Source: Andalucia godoyi And28
Lineage: Eukaryota; Protista; Jakobida
Direction of reading: 5' to 3'
DNA length: 248,000 nucleotides
NCBI GenBank assembly: GCA_009859145.1
Contig: VRVR01000013.1
Location: 144,001-392,000 of the forward strand
In this document: piece after piece, positions 213,001 through 224,746 of the stretch
How positions within the stretch are numbered: position 1 is the first letter of the stretch
Layout of the letters: every line of letters starts with the position of its first letter
Program-made: the position numbers and the translations under genes
Notes under the pieces: generated by a model
What the model saw: only the letters and a program-made list of their open reading frames with translations
Told to the model about the DNA's origin: nothing
Database searches by the model: none

Positions 213001-215736
213001 ATCTTGGCTGCGAAAGGACTTAGTGTTCCTCCGAGTGTAATTGGCTTTTTCTGCGTCGCCGCTGCGGAATCCAATCAGATGCGTTCAGAGAGTGTTCGGC
213101 AGGCTCGCTGGTCATCAGTTGGGCTGCGAATTTTCCCGCGTTCTTCCAGTCATCTTCCCACAATCTTTACCAGATGCATGTTGCATCACTATCACTCTTC
213201 TTCTTCTTCGTCATCTTCATCTTCATCTTCATCTTCATCTTCATCTTCATCATTGATGTCGTCGTCATCATTGACGTCGTCGTCGTCTAGTCATTATGTG
213301 ATTGATTCTTCCGAGCTGACTGCCCTTGTGAGTGCGGTACCTCAGAATCGATATTCCACAATCCTGGCTTCTGGATTCAAGACGCTGTCTTTTCCGTCGC
213401 TCACAAACTCGGAATTTCTTTCGCAATACGAGAATATGCTCAAATTCTGCGAAACTACAGTGTTTGCATTCGACGGTGTCATCTCCGATTTTTGTGGAGA
213501 GACACCATCCAGTGTCGTTGTTGCCGTCGGTCCGTTGGAGTTGCGGGGTTCGTTTTTTGCGTCGTTGAACGTATCATCAAAGTGTTTCGAATACTTTTGT
213601 GAATTGGTGCGGGAAGCAGAGTTGAGCCTTGTAGGATCTGACATGTCCACGAGTCGCAGTTTGCGCCCGCAGTACAGAAATATGATTGCTGTTTTAGAAC
213701 AGCAGGAGCGAGAAAACGCAACGGCCAGAAAAGAACTGCAGCAGAAGCAGAAGTACTTTCTGGAGTTTGTGAAAACAGAGGAGCAGAAGGAGAGGACTCT
213801 GATCGATGCATTGTTTAAGGCCCACGAACGGGCGGTAGATGCCGCCTGCATTATACTGAATCATTTCCGGCAATACGATGGTAGCGTTGCGGTGGATCGC
213901 AAAACGCACCTAGTGGTCCTGCAAGCTTCCTTTCGAGTGATCGACTTGCTGTTTCGATTTTCGCGGAAGCGATTTGTGGAGGAGTCCGTTATCTGCGCAG
214001 ACGACTTCCCCAAACATGAACAAGTTTTCAAAGCTACGTTGAGGAACATTTGTCGCAAGGTATCTGCAATTCCCCCGATCTCGCTTTCCATGCTGTGCCA
214101 TCAGTTGGTGTCCAGAATACGCTCCAGCTCGTCCGAAGAGGAGCAAGTGGTGCAAGAGTGTTTGCGGCACTTGCTTCATAATGTTGTTGCGCGATACCCA
214201 GTGCAGATATTGGTTCCGCTGCTCTCCATGTCCAATGGAAATGTGAGCGACGCAGCAAAGGTTACAGGCACAAAGCAAATCCTAGATGGTTTCCGAAGCA
214301 AATCGGCACTGGCGAAGATTGTGGATGCCGTGCAGCTGTGGACTGTTGGTCTGCAAAAAACAGGGAGCATGGCGGCAGATTCTTCACGTCTTGCAGTGTC
214401 TCCGATGCTCAAAGCAGACGGGTTGCAGCTGCTCCCAGTCGTGACCCGCGACACTGGGTTTGAGCCTGAAGCTGCGACCTCGTTTGAAAAGCTTGCATCT
214501 GTGTGCATCGTCCGGTACGCGGATGGGTTTGAAGGCCTAGGGGGTGTGAATAGATCCAAAATGATCAAATGTCACGGATCGGATGGGCATGTATACAAAC
214601 AGATATTGAAGTATGGCGCCGATGATCCTCGCCAAGACGCTGTGATGGAGCAGATATTCTGCTTGATTAATCGTTTATTCTACCTTGATGATTTTGCGCG
214701 ATCCAAGGCTTTTCGTGTACGCACGTATGTCGTTGTCCCTGTTTCGCCGAAATGCGGCCTGCTGGGTTTTGTCGAGAATGCAATTCCAATACTGGACTAC
214801 TTGGTTGGCGGGTTTCCGAAGAATTACAAAGTTATCGTTGCCCGAAATGGAGCCACCGGAAGAGACGTGGAAATGGAATTACCGAATGCTGGTGCGCACG
214901 ATCGACTTTCTGTCATGGCCAAAAAGTTCACCAACGAAAACGCGAGAGGTGCATTGAAATCGCTGTACGATGCGGGCGTAGACCCGAAATCGTACATCCC
215001 CAAGTTTCGTGAAGTGATTTCGAAGTTCCCCCCGGTCTTCCGATTCTTTTTCCACGAAATGTACAAGTCCCCAGCAGAATGGCTGTCAAGGAGGATTTCA
215101 TACACACGCTCCTTGGCAGTGTCCAGCATGTTGGGGTACATTTTGGGAGTTGGAGACCGTCACTTGCGCAACATACTGATTGATTGCTCAACGGCGGAGG
215201 TCGTGCACATCGATTTGGGAATTGCGTTTGACCAAGGTCGTCGTTTACCAGTGCCAGAGAGAGTCCCCTTTCGTCTCACACGAGATCTTGTGGACGGAAT
215301 GGGAATTCTTGGAATCAATAGCGAGTTCAAACACTGTTCCAAAAAGTCGCTGTCGATCATGAGAGACAACCACGATTTAATCATGACTATTCTGAATGTT
215401 TTCGTGCACGATCCACTTTCGTCGTGGGTGCTGACCCTGGAACGAGCTTCTCGCATGCAGAACCAGGGGCTGAGCAGCAAAGGAGAAAACAGGACGGGAA
215501 AGTCGTCCGAGACCAGTTCTCCGTCGCCGACGACACACGCGGATGGGACAGCCGGTCCTGAGATTGACTCCGGGAAGAGCGCCTCGATCGTTCTGATTGA
215601 AACATCCAGAAAGTTGCAGGGTATGGAAACGATGCGACAGCTGACCGTGGAAGAGCAAGTGGACAACGTCGTCGCACGAGCCACTGCTGTGGACAACATC
215701 GGGGCGATGTATTACGGATGGGGCGGCTGGCTTTAG
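207010..215736 (+). CDS. ATM: ATM/Tel1 PIKK kinase (two exons)
   Basis: DDPRQDAVMEQ, GVGDRH, HIDLG, VPFRLTRD, FATC; intron about 210770-210896. Confidence 0.8.
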
Positions 215737-215777
215737 ATCGAAACCGCAAAATGCCACGTCGGACAGGACGTGATGAG

Positions 215778-217070
215778 CTATTGAGTAAACGAATCAAGGC
215801 GATACTTTCGAATGCAGTTGTCCCTTGCACAAGTCCACACTGTTCCCGTAGACACATTCTCTTTCAAGGCAAACACCTCGTAGTGTTCTGTGCCGATGAG
215901 ATAACGACTGTGCGCGCGAACGGAGGTGCGCAGACACAGAACGGCACCGTCATTTGTTCCAATCCAATCACCAGCAATGGACCGCACGGCGGACGAGGAC
216001 AAGAACGGATCCATCAATGTAACAGACGGCGACGGCATCTGCAGAGACCGTAGCTCAATATCTGCAACCGCACCGTTTTCATGCACAATTCGCAATGCAG
216101 ATCCATGGGAGACAACTCCTACTCCGCGCACCGCAGCCGCTTGCACCTTCAACCTTGCATAAACGACTTTGGATCGCAAGTCCACAAGAATGACATTTCC
216201 GTTTTCAAACCCAACAGCAGCGGAGCTTCCACTGGTACCAAAATGCAGCGCAGGATTGCCGGCAACCGGTCGGATCTCCGCCTTCTCTTCCGTGACTCCC
216301 GTGAGTAGCGTGCAGCACGTTGCGACTGGAAGTGAGTCCTCGGAAGCGCGCTGGCCACCGATCGACTTGTTCAAACACCAAACGTCCTTTGCACTGCCGC
216401 ACTCCCAGAGAGCAACGGACCCATCTGCAGCGCAAGACAAGACGTTTCGTCCTCTCTCCACAAATACCGCATCTGTCACACGAGCCGAGTGCACGCCTTG
216501 CAACACAGCTCCTTGAAATCCATCGTCCAGACGAGTAACCACGATCCGAGTGTCCAGTCCGGCCGTCAGCACAACTTGTCCAGACGGGAAGAACTTGCAG
216601 ACAGTCACATCCACTTCTGCTCCATTGTACTGCATCTTGGAAAAACTCTTAATAAGCGACCCTGCGGACGCTTCATGCAGCGCGACCGAGCCGTCCGCAT
216701 GACCAACAAGCAGCTTCGATGCATCGTCCGAGACATCAAAACACGTAACTCCAGTGCCGAATGTCCCTGAGAGCGTTCTCTCAGGAAGCAGGAACTCAAA
216801 AGTCCGAGGCTCGATCGGCACAGATGCGCACTGGGCTTCCGGAAACCGAATCGACAGCAAAGACCCTTGAGGGCGAACCTCCACCTCCACCTCCCCCTCT
216901 GCACCGTCTGCACCCACCTTCATACTCGCTGGTGGTCCACCGCCGGTTGCAGAGAACCAGTCTTCCCGCTTGGTTCGCGACTCTCGTTCAAAAGGCACAC
217001 CGCAACTCACATAGTACCACGCTTTATCCACCGTGTTCCAGTTTGACTGCACTCGGACATCTCGCAGCAT
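215778..217070 (-). CDS. PAAF1/Rpn14-like WD40 protein
   Basis: DVTVCKFFPSGQVVLTAGLD, HSARVTD..VERGRNVLS. Confidence 0.7.
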   Translation of the reverse strand: MLRDVRVQSNWNTVDKAWYYVSCGVPFERESRTKREDWFSATGGGPPASMKVGADGAEGEVEVEVRPQGSLLSIRFPEAQCASVPIEPRTFEFLLPERTLSGTFGTGVTCFDVSDDASKLLVGHADGSVALHEASAGSLIKSFSKMQYNGAEVDVTVCKFFPSGQVVLTAGLDTRIVVTRLDDGFQGAVLQGVHSARVTDAVFVERGRNVLSCAADGSVALWECGSAKDVWCLNKSIGGQRASEDSLPVATCCTLLTGVTEEKAEIRPVAGNPALHFGTSGSSAAVGFENGNVILVDLRSKVVYARLKVQAAAVRGVGVVSHGSALRIVHENGAVADIELRSLQMPSPSVTLMDPFLSSSAVRSIAGDWIGTNDGAVLCLRTSVRAHSRYLIGTEHYEVFALKENVSTGTVWTCARDNCIRKYRLDSFTQ

Positions 217071-217105
217071 CGTCTACGCTCCTTTGAATAAATAACAGCA
217101 ACAGC

Positions 217106-217152
<47 letters not shown>

Positions 217153-217337
217153 GAAGAAGAAGAAGAAGAAGAAGTAGTAGTAGTAGAAGACAAAGAAGAA
217201 TGAAACTATTTATCAAAATGAAAAAGTAATTACCATTTAAACACCAAAGCATTTTCTGACTGTGATTCAAGTTCAAAGCCTTTGTGCCCTCAAGGTGACA
217301 CCAAACGCAGTCGTAAACAAAAAACCCCGAATTCCCT

Positions 217338-217880
217338 CGCTTGCACTATACACTGAACATGCATATCTACGAATAGACATGCATATTTCAAGCTTGCATC
217401 CCGTTTCTGTGAGCCACTTTCTCAGCGTGGCACGTTGTTCCTGAGAAGGGTGCATTTTGATTTTGACGGCCCTAGCAGCAGGCGCTTTCGTGTCCTCAGT
217501 TGCAGTGATGGACGCACCTGGAGATACGAGAGGAAGAGGCGGTAGGCGTAGTGACACGTGGTCTCTTAGGAGTTCTGCGGGACCTAGGAGGCCCTGTATC
217601 GAGCGGCGTAGGCGTAGGCGAATGCGAATGCGTCATCCCAGCGCACCCACGCCCATATTTGAATAAAAAGTGAAACCAACGAATGATAGAATAGATGGCT
217701 ACGGATGCTGCGTTAAAGAGTGTCGAAAATGCGGAGCCTGTGTCACCGGCTGAATTCTGGCCGAGCGTGCGTAAGCACGAATGCCTGTGAAGCAAAACGT
217801 GCTAGTGTCGGCCAGTATCGACCGTGTCTGTTTATGGATACTTCCTTCCGTATGCATGACAATGACGTGTTATCATGTCT
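217338..217880 (-). mobile_element. Family A1 copy 4
   Basis: AVKIKMHPSQEQRATLRKWLT joined to hairpin right end. Confidence 0.8.
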
Positions 217881-218000
217881 CGGCTTTCTTTATATTGTGG
217901 GTTTTAGCTTTTTCTGATTTCGCAGTTTTTTCTTCGGTTTTTTTTTTTTTTGTTTTTTGCATCAAATATACTTCTCATGTTGTAATCAACATACTGTTAA

Positions 218001-219449
218001 GTGTCCGTTTTTGAAATGGACGGTAAAGGCTTGTCGATTGCTGCGCTCCGAAAGCAGTCAATTGAAGAGCTGAATGAGCGGATTACCGATACAGGATCCT
218101 CTTCCTCAGCGATATCTGGGGTGCGGTTTGCGTTGTGTGACGCTGTGAATTCCGCGAGAGAAGACGAGTGTTTGGAAGGACTGCGGTTTATTAGGGACAC
218201 GCTTGCTTGTTCGAGACCGTTTCGTGTTTTCGTATCGACGAGTTTCCAAGGCGAGCCGTCTGTGCTGGACGTGCTGTTCCTGAAGGCTGTGCTTTCGGAC
218301 ACGAGTTCGTACTCGGCTAGGTTCATTGGCCTTCAATGCTTGCATAATGCTTGTCCATCGTGCGTGGAATCGCAGTCGAGTATTCGAAGGCTGTTTATTT
218401 CGAACGGGACTTTGCTCTTGTCCACAATAGCAAGTCTTGATACCGCGGGTGACGGTGAAAAACTAAAGGAGATTGTAGCTGCGATTCTGTATCAGTGCAT
218501 GGTGACGGGATGGTACTCGGCTTGCTTTACAATGTCGTTTTCCCTTTTGAGCTTCAGTGGCAAGTCGTTTCGATTCACAGAAAGCAAATGTGTTGCGTGG
218601 ATTGCAAAGTGCATTGAGAGCCAGCTTAGAATGAATGTGGTGTTGGAAGATGTGAGGGAGGCACTGGGAGACGATCCTCTGATGTGGTCGCGGTTCTTGT
218701 TCTTCCTAGAGGTGATGACACATGAAGAGGATCTGGATGCCTTTGTTCCCGAGCGGTTCATAATTGATATGCTCGCCGAGTTGGATGGAAAACTGCGAAA
218801 GGCGAGCGAATCGACTGCGGTCTCCGAATTGGGTTTCCTGGATTGCGTCCATGCAGTGTCAATCGTTGGCAACGTGGCAGATCACGTTCCATACAGCAAG
218901 GAAACGATTGAAGGTTGGTTCTGTTTTTGCGTTCACATATTAGATGCCTGCGTGAAACTCGGGCCAGCTACGGCCGTCCCTCAATATCTTGCGAATAGCA
219001 ACAACGACAGCAACAGCAACCACGACAACGAAAATGGCGACGGTGATCCCCAAGATCGTGCGATGAACGTTGTTCTCCATGAGGGGTTTTGGATCTGGCG
219101 AGACGGTTCGGTGGACGAAGACGTGACTGTCTTTGGACTTCGCGGATTCGCAATGAGACTGCTCGGAATCTGCGTCCATCGATTTCCAAGCTTGCAGTCG
219201 CACCACCTGACACTTGGTGTGTTGCCCATTGTGTTGTCAGAATGTCGCTTGAGTAAGGAGCATCCCATCCTTCGCGAATGGAGTGTGTTTGCGATTCGCA
219301 ATTTGTGCCAGGACAATGCTGAAATTCAGAGTTTTATCCAGAACTTGGAGTTTCTCGACTTGCAAGACTCCGAGTGGCTGGAAAGGGCTGGTCTCGAGGT
219401 TTTCAAAGATGCGCAAGACAAGATGCGTATTCGAAAGCTATCTATCTAA
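218001..219449 (+). CDS. Ataxin-10-like protein
   Basis: HPILREWSVFAIRNLCQDNAEIQ. Confidence 0.78.
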   Translation: MSVFEMDGKGLSIAALRKQSIEELNERITDTGSSSSAISGVRFALCDAVNSAREDECLEGLRFIRDTLACSRPFRVFVSTSFQGEPSVLDVLFLKAVLSDTSSYSARFIGLQCLHNACPSCVESQSSIRRLFISNGTLLLSTIASLDTAGDGEKLKEIVAAILYQCMVTGWYSACFTMSFSLLSFSGKSFRFTESKCVAWIAKCIESQLRMNVVLEDVREALGDDPLMWSRFLFFLEVMTHEEDLDAFVPERFIIDMLAELDGKLRKASESTAVSELGFLDCVHAVSIVGNVADHVPYSKETIEGWFCFCVHILDACVKLGPATAVPQYLANSNNDSNSNHDNENGDGDPQDRAMNVVLHEGFWIWRDGSVDEDVTVFGLRGFAMRLLGICVHRFPSLQSHHLTLGVLPIVLSECRLSKEHPILREWSVFAIRNLCQDNAEIQSFIQNLEFLDLQDSEWLERAGLEVFKDAQDKMRIRKLSI

Positions 219450-219569
219450 ACGACAAGGTTGCTGAAGGGCGTTTCACAAGATCGTTTCTATTTGGCATGT
219501 TCCACTGTCGCAATCAGTTATGAACGAATGCTCTTCCAATCGTACAGAAATGGGAGCCACGTCATTGTC

Positions 219570-219866
219570 GCCTTGGCGATCTTTCCTGGCGGCGGAGATG
219601 TCATGGGTCTTGCACAGCGTTGCGGGCGTGACGTACATGCTGCGTTGCACGGACAGTAAAAATAAGAAATGAGCGTCGCTGTGCGAGAATGCAACGCGGC
219701 GGCATATTTCATAGGGCTTTCATGATCAAAATGGGGCGAAACGAATCGGGCATCGCGTGACGGAGCTGTTAAGATAACAAACGCATGCGCATGGCGCGTG
219801 GCAGTGTTTTTTGTTTTTGTTTTACGTGCGCTTTAGATTGCTTCATCATATCGCAATAAATGGCAG
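219570..219866 (-). mobile_element. Family A2 copy 5 (left end, truncated after GKIAKAT)
   Basis: Homologous to 59630-59953. Confidence 0.75.
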
Positions 219867-220825
219867 CGGTTCGACTTCTTGCGGGCTTGCGACAGTCTTG
219901 TCACCCTTAGCGTAAGAGCGTACAAACTCCGTGGTCCAGTTGAGAATGGACACACAGTACTCTGAGTTGTCGACACAGTTGTGCATATCGTGCATTCCGT
220001 TCTCGATCAACTGAAGAGATTTGATTTTGGACGACACGGATTGATAGACTATTTCGGACGTTTTCCAATCGCAGATCTTGTCTCGTTGTCCGTGGACCAA
220101 AAAGAAAGGGAGGGTCATTTCACTAGCATTTTCCACTATGCGCTTTGCCGCATCTTGACAACCAAAGAACACGGCCGCCGTCACGTACTTGCATCCCAAG
220201 CCATCCTCGTACAATGCATTCAGCTCTTCAGGCGAGCGGTCTGCAAAATCTTCAAACTTTGCGCCGCTTGGAAGCTTCATCCGAGGCAAGCAGTTCCCGA
220301 TTAGTCTTCCGATCACCAGTTTCCACTTTGGGGGCTCAAATGCGAGCGCATACCACGGACACGACGCGATAATTGCCGACACATGCGCATGCCGAAGGTT
220401 GTTCGAAAGCTCAATTCCAAAGTTTGTTACAACTTGTCCTCCAAACGAATGTCCATATAAAATAACCGGAGCCTCTCGATCTTGCAAGAACGGGAATTGT
220501 GGAGAATTGAGCAAAAACTCAAGATCGTCGAGGAAATACGCAACACTCGGGACATACGCCCTGATTCCTTTTGACCGTCCCCAGCATCGATGATCGTACG
220601 CAAATACTCGAAATCGTGCTTCAATGAGCTGATCGAACATGGAATTCAGAAATGGATGTGGTGGGTTCGCGCCCATGTTATCCGCAGATCCACCAAACCC
220701 GTGCACGAACACAATGGTTCCCAGTATCTCGCCTGAGCTGGGCGGCACAATCACCCTAGTAAAGATCGCCGTACCATCTGCAGCATCCACAAATGCATCC
220801 GTGATGGTAGCTGTTTGCATGGTAG

Positions 220826-220910
<85 letters not shown>

Positions 220911-220922
220911 ACACACACACAC
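219846..220922 (-). CDS. Monoacylglycerol lipase-like hydrolase
   Basis: VHGFG, DHRCWGRS, GHSFGG, HGQRD, HDM. Confidence 0.85.
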
Positions 220923-221411
220923 GCCTTGTCTGGAACGATTCGGTCTAGGTTTAAAAAACAGACAGCAGCAACAACCAAAATCAAAAATGCACTCAAACGC
221001 TCTCTCTCATCATCATCTGCGTGGAACTACGGTCGTTCGAGAATCTACGACAGGTTCCATGCCGGCCTCCCCATGTGCTAAGGGAGGGGGACCAAAGCGC
221101 ACTATGATTGTTCTTGAAAAACAACACGGATTCCACGAGCAGACCGAGCCCGAAGAACCAGGCACGTATGTGGAACCGTGAGTGGCAGTCATGATCGACA
221201 CTCCGCTGTTGCTGTAATGTGCGCTTTTCACCAAAAGTACCGCTCCGTGTTGTATGGCCAGGGGTTTGCATGTTTTGCAGTTTTCACAGAGGAGCGTTCA
221301 AGCTTTTTGATCCAATAATGTTTTGTTAATTTAAAATTTCAATTACGGTGAAATGCAACGCGTCATGCTCTATGTGGCAGCAGCTGTACATGAATACCAG
221401 AACGTCATCCG

Positions 221412-221816
221412 CTCGCCAAAACATGAATCATTATTCGTCATCGGCTAAGCTGTCACAGAAGACAGATCCAAAGCCACATGCTGTTTTGCTTGTATCCGGG
221501 GGCAAGCACCAACTCTTCCATGCAGATTGCTCTGCATCCGCGGCTTCTTGCTGCTCTCTGCCTCCGACGAGAGGGAATCAATGGGTTTCCTGGTTCTCGG
221601 CATCTTCGGGCATGACCAATTTGAGGATGTCGGGAAGATTCCCCTTTGGAGCCATGGGATGTTTTGTCTCTGATGAAATGCGCTGTTTGAGGGTTCGATT
221701 ATGAAAAACACAAACAAACAGACGAAATAATGCTAAGACACAAAAGGGAAAAAATGAAAGAAATTCTGGATTTGACTACGGTAAGAAAATTGCATTGTTG
221801 GATGAGCTGTCAGCCG
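221412..221816 (+). mobile_element. Family C copy 7
   Basis: CCG then ctcgccaaaa..gctgtcagccg. Confidence 0.75.
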
Positions 221817-222017
221817 TTGGAGGATTGCAACAATAACCAAAGTTTCGTTTTTTTGTTTCCAATCTTCGGATTCATATAATTTTTTAAGATGGAAAAAGGC
221901 TCTTGTTTACATTTTTCTTTTGGATTCTTCTGTTTTTTATTACTTCTTTAAAAATCAAGCGTCAAGTTAAATTAGTTGATTGAAAAAACATTGTGTGCTT
222001 GGATTGGTTGATTCGGG

Positions 222018-223520
222018 ATGAGCCACTCTCCGGTTGCAAGTCCCTGCATCTCGCACACGGCAACACGGGTGCTGCTGGACACTGCTCCTCGGTTCTCCAC
222101 ATGTTCTATGACGTATCCCTCGGTGCTTCACAACTTCCAGCTTCCTCTAACGCAGTATCCTCGGACTTTGCGGCCTGTGAATGTCGTCAGTCAACAGCAA
222201 CTGCCAGAAATGGACAGCTTGGCACTGTCGTCTGCGCGGTCCTCCCGGTCTCCATCGTCTGCTCGACCAATGGCGCAATCGCCGTCAAAGTCGCTGCGGT
222301 CGTCCTCGGCCTTCAACACATCGCCGCTGCCAGTTCGAAAACCCGGGTTTTCAACAGGGATGAAACTTCCAGATTTTTCGCCGGTTTCTGCGCGGTCAAA
222401 ACCAACGTCCCGATCGCTGCAGGAGTATGCACAGCGCGAAGCCAGTGGACTTCCGTTGCACATGCCTCCGGGTGTCATTCGATCCCTGGATCAGATTCCA
222501 AATCCAGCAAATAATGTACAGAACAGTGGCGCGACAGTACCGAATGTGTCTTCTGTATCACTGATGCTTGAGGGCCAGTCGCATTTGCAAGCAGAGGCGC
222601 TTTCGTCCATTGCAAAAATCGGCTCCAGATTGTGGACTGTGGTGCTGGCCGGGTGTTCCAACCTTAGTTCCGAGGTTCTGGACAGCATCATCCTTTCATG
222701 TCCTAATATTCGAGTGCTCGATGTTTCGCAGTGCGACTTGATCGCCGATGAGTCGATTGGGCTTGTGCTGACCAAGCTCCCATTTCTTGAAGTTCTGAAG
222801 GCTGCTTCGTGCTCGCGGGTGACGGGCGCTTCCGTGGCCACAGTCTCCAGCCCCCACATCTCGTCTGTTGACTTTTCGTTTTGCTCGAAACTGGCGCATA
222901 TCCAGTGGTTGGCAGGCTGCCCGCGACTCGCCGAGCTCGATATTTCAGGTTGCAAGAAGATCGTTACGGAGGAGCTGCTGGCTGTTCTTAGCGCGTCGAG
223001 CCAGCTCGTGTCCCTTTCCATGCGGCTTTGCAATCAAGAGGCATTGGGTGTCGAAGCCTTCAAGATGGTCGGCAAGCGAAACCCGCAGCTCGCCCGACTG
223101 CACTTGTCCGGTGTTTCTCAGCTGACAGATCCGACAGCGATTGAGATTTTGAAGTCCGCGTGTTCGGAGAGTCTTGTTCATGTCGATCTGTCGGGCTGCA
223201 GTGCGATTGGAGACCTCACGTTATATGCACTCGCCGAAACGCAGTGTCGTTCTTTGGAAACGATCGTTTTGTCGGGAACGCGATGCACACACGGTGGCGT
223301 GTCGACGGTCTTGAAAAAAGGGGGATCTGGACTGAAGCGCGCAATCGTCACAAACACGCAAGTCACACCGGAAGATGCTAGCACTCTGCGAGAACAGTTC
223401 CCGTCCTGCGAGATTGTTCTGGAGATAGCTGTTCCTCTTGTTCGCAAGCAGTTTGCAGCCGCCAAGGTCGAGGACAAGAAGAAGAAGGGCAAGGGCAAGA
223501 AAGGCAAGAAGAAGAAGTGA
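222018..223520 (+). CDS. Cys-containing leucine-rich-repeat protein (FBXL/AMN1-like)
   Basis: LDVSQC, LDISGC, VDLSGC repeats. Confidence 0.75.
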   Translation: MSHSPVASPCISHTATRVLLDTAPRFSTCSMTYPSVLHNFQLPLTQYPRTLRPVNVVSQQQLPEMDSLALSSARSSRSPSSARPMAQSPSKSLRSSSAFNTSPLPVRKPGFSTGMKLPDFSPVSARSKPTSRSLQEYAQREASGLPLHMPPGVIRSLDQIPNPANNVQNSGATVPNVSSVSLMLEGQSHLQAEALSSIAKIGSRLWTVVLAGCSNLSSEVLDSIILSCPNIRVLDVSQCDLIADESIGLVLTKLPFLEVLKAASCSRVTGASVATVSSPHISSVDFSFCSKLAHIQWLAGCPRLAELDISGCKKIVTEELLAVLSASSQLVSLSMRLCNQEALGVEAFKMVGKRNPQLARLHLSGVSQLTDPTAIEILKSACSESLVHVDLSGCSAIGDLTLYALAETQCRSLETIVLSGTRCTHGGVSTVLKKGGSGLKRAIVTNTQVTPEDASTLREQFPSCEIVLEIAVPLVRKQFAAAKVEDKKKKGKGKKGKKKK

Positions 223521-223676
223521 CAGCATCAGTCCTGGTAATAATGGTAGGAATGTCCGTTAGCAGTTACTTTTGTATTCATAAACCAAAACAACCTGTTTTT
223601 CTTGTAGTTTATTAGGTTTTTATTATCTTCTTTTGTTTTCTGTTCGTAGCCTGTTGACGAGTAACGCAAGTGGAAA

Positions 223677-224267
223677 CTACGACGCACTGTTAAGTCCGAG
223701 TTTTTGTCTTGCAAGTTTCACCATTCGTGAAACACGGTCCGCGAGCGGTCCATTGTCGGCAGCGGTTGCCGATTCCGGAGTGTACGGCGGCCGAACGCGG
223801 ACTTCATCCATGACGAGTATCGAGTCTCCGTCCCACTTGCACTCGAGAGTCTTCGATACGAAATCAAAAATAAGCTGTGCCTCCGCAGAAACGCCGTTTC
223901 CGAGGCGCTTCATGCGAGCTTCCGTCGAGCCTAGTAGCAGCTGCTGCGCTCGTTTGGGCTCGGGAGCAGCGGGAAGCTCATAGTCGAGTGACGACAGCGC
224001 ATTCCAAGCATCCGATTTTACATACGAGACGTGCTGCGACTTGTTCTGCATAAGACCGCCGGCAGGGAAATTCAAGTCCGCGTCTGAAGATGTTGCCGTG
224101 ATGGAATCGACATTGGATGCAGGCAAGATGCAGACTTGCGACTTGCCAGTTACATAGTCTGTGTTGTGCAAAACGAGAAACTTGTCGTCGCTGGAAAACA
224201 CAGTTCCGGAAAAATGCGATCTGTCTCTTGTCTTTACAGACACCACAGATCCAACCGACACTGTCAT
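223677..224267 (-). CDS. LSM12-like protein
   Basis: Lsm N-terminus; GVSAEAQLIFDFVSKT..W..I.VMDEV.V.PPY. Confidence 0.75.
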   Translation of the reverse strand: MTVSVGSVVSVKTRDRSHFSGTVFSSDDKFLVLHNTDYVTGKSQVCILPASNVDSITATSSDADLNFPAGGLMQNKSQHVSYVKSDAWNALSSLDYELPAAPEPKRAQQLLLGSTEARMKRLGNGVSAEAQLIFDFVSKTLECKWDGDSILVMDEVRVRPPYTPESATAADNGPLADRVSRMVKLARQKLGLNSAS

Positions 224268-224391
224268 CCCGAATACCTCCCCCCAACGAACAACAACACC
224301 CGATGCCTCCCCGCCTGCCGCAAAGCAAAAAAAAAAAAAAAAAGGAAAAGGAAAGGAAAGCAAACGACGAAACAAAAATTTCATACGTGTG

Positions 224392-224424
<33 letters not shown>

Positions 224425-224746
224425 ATATAGAGAAAAGCAAAAGAAACGACGGACCCCAGTTGCAAAAACCTGGAAGCATCAAGTACGCAGCATCAAGGAC
224501 TCGCGACCGTTCAAATTCGCTGAAACTTGGAATTAAAGTCTTGTTCGCTTGGCATTGTGGAAGTCGGAACACACAAAATCTGTATGACAAATTGAAGATG
224601 AAGGCCGTGTGCTCGAAATTTCCATACCAGCTTATTGTTGATAGCTCTTGTTGCGTACATCATTACTATTACTGTTATTGTTATTGTTATTGATATTATT
224701 GTTATTGATATTGATATTATTGTTGTTTGTTTCTGGTTCGTGCGCA

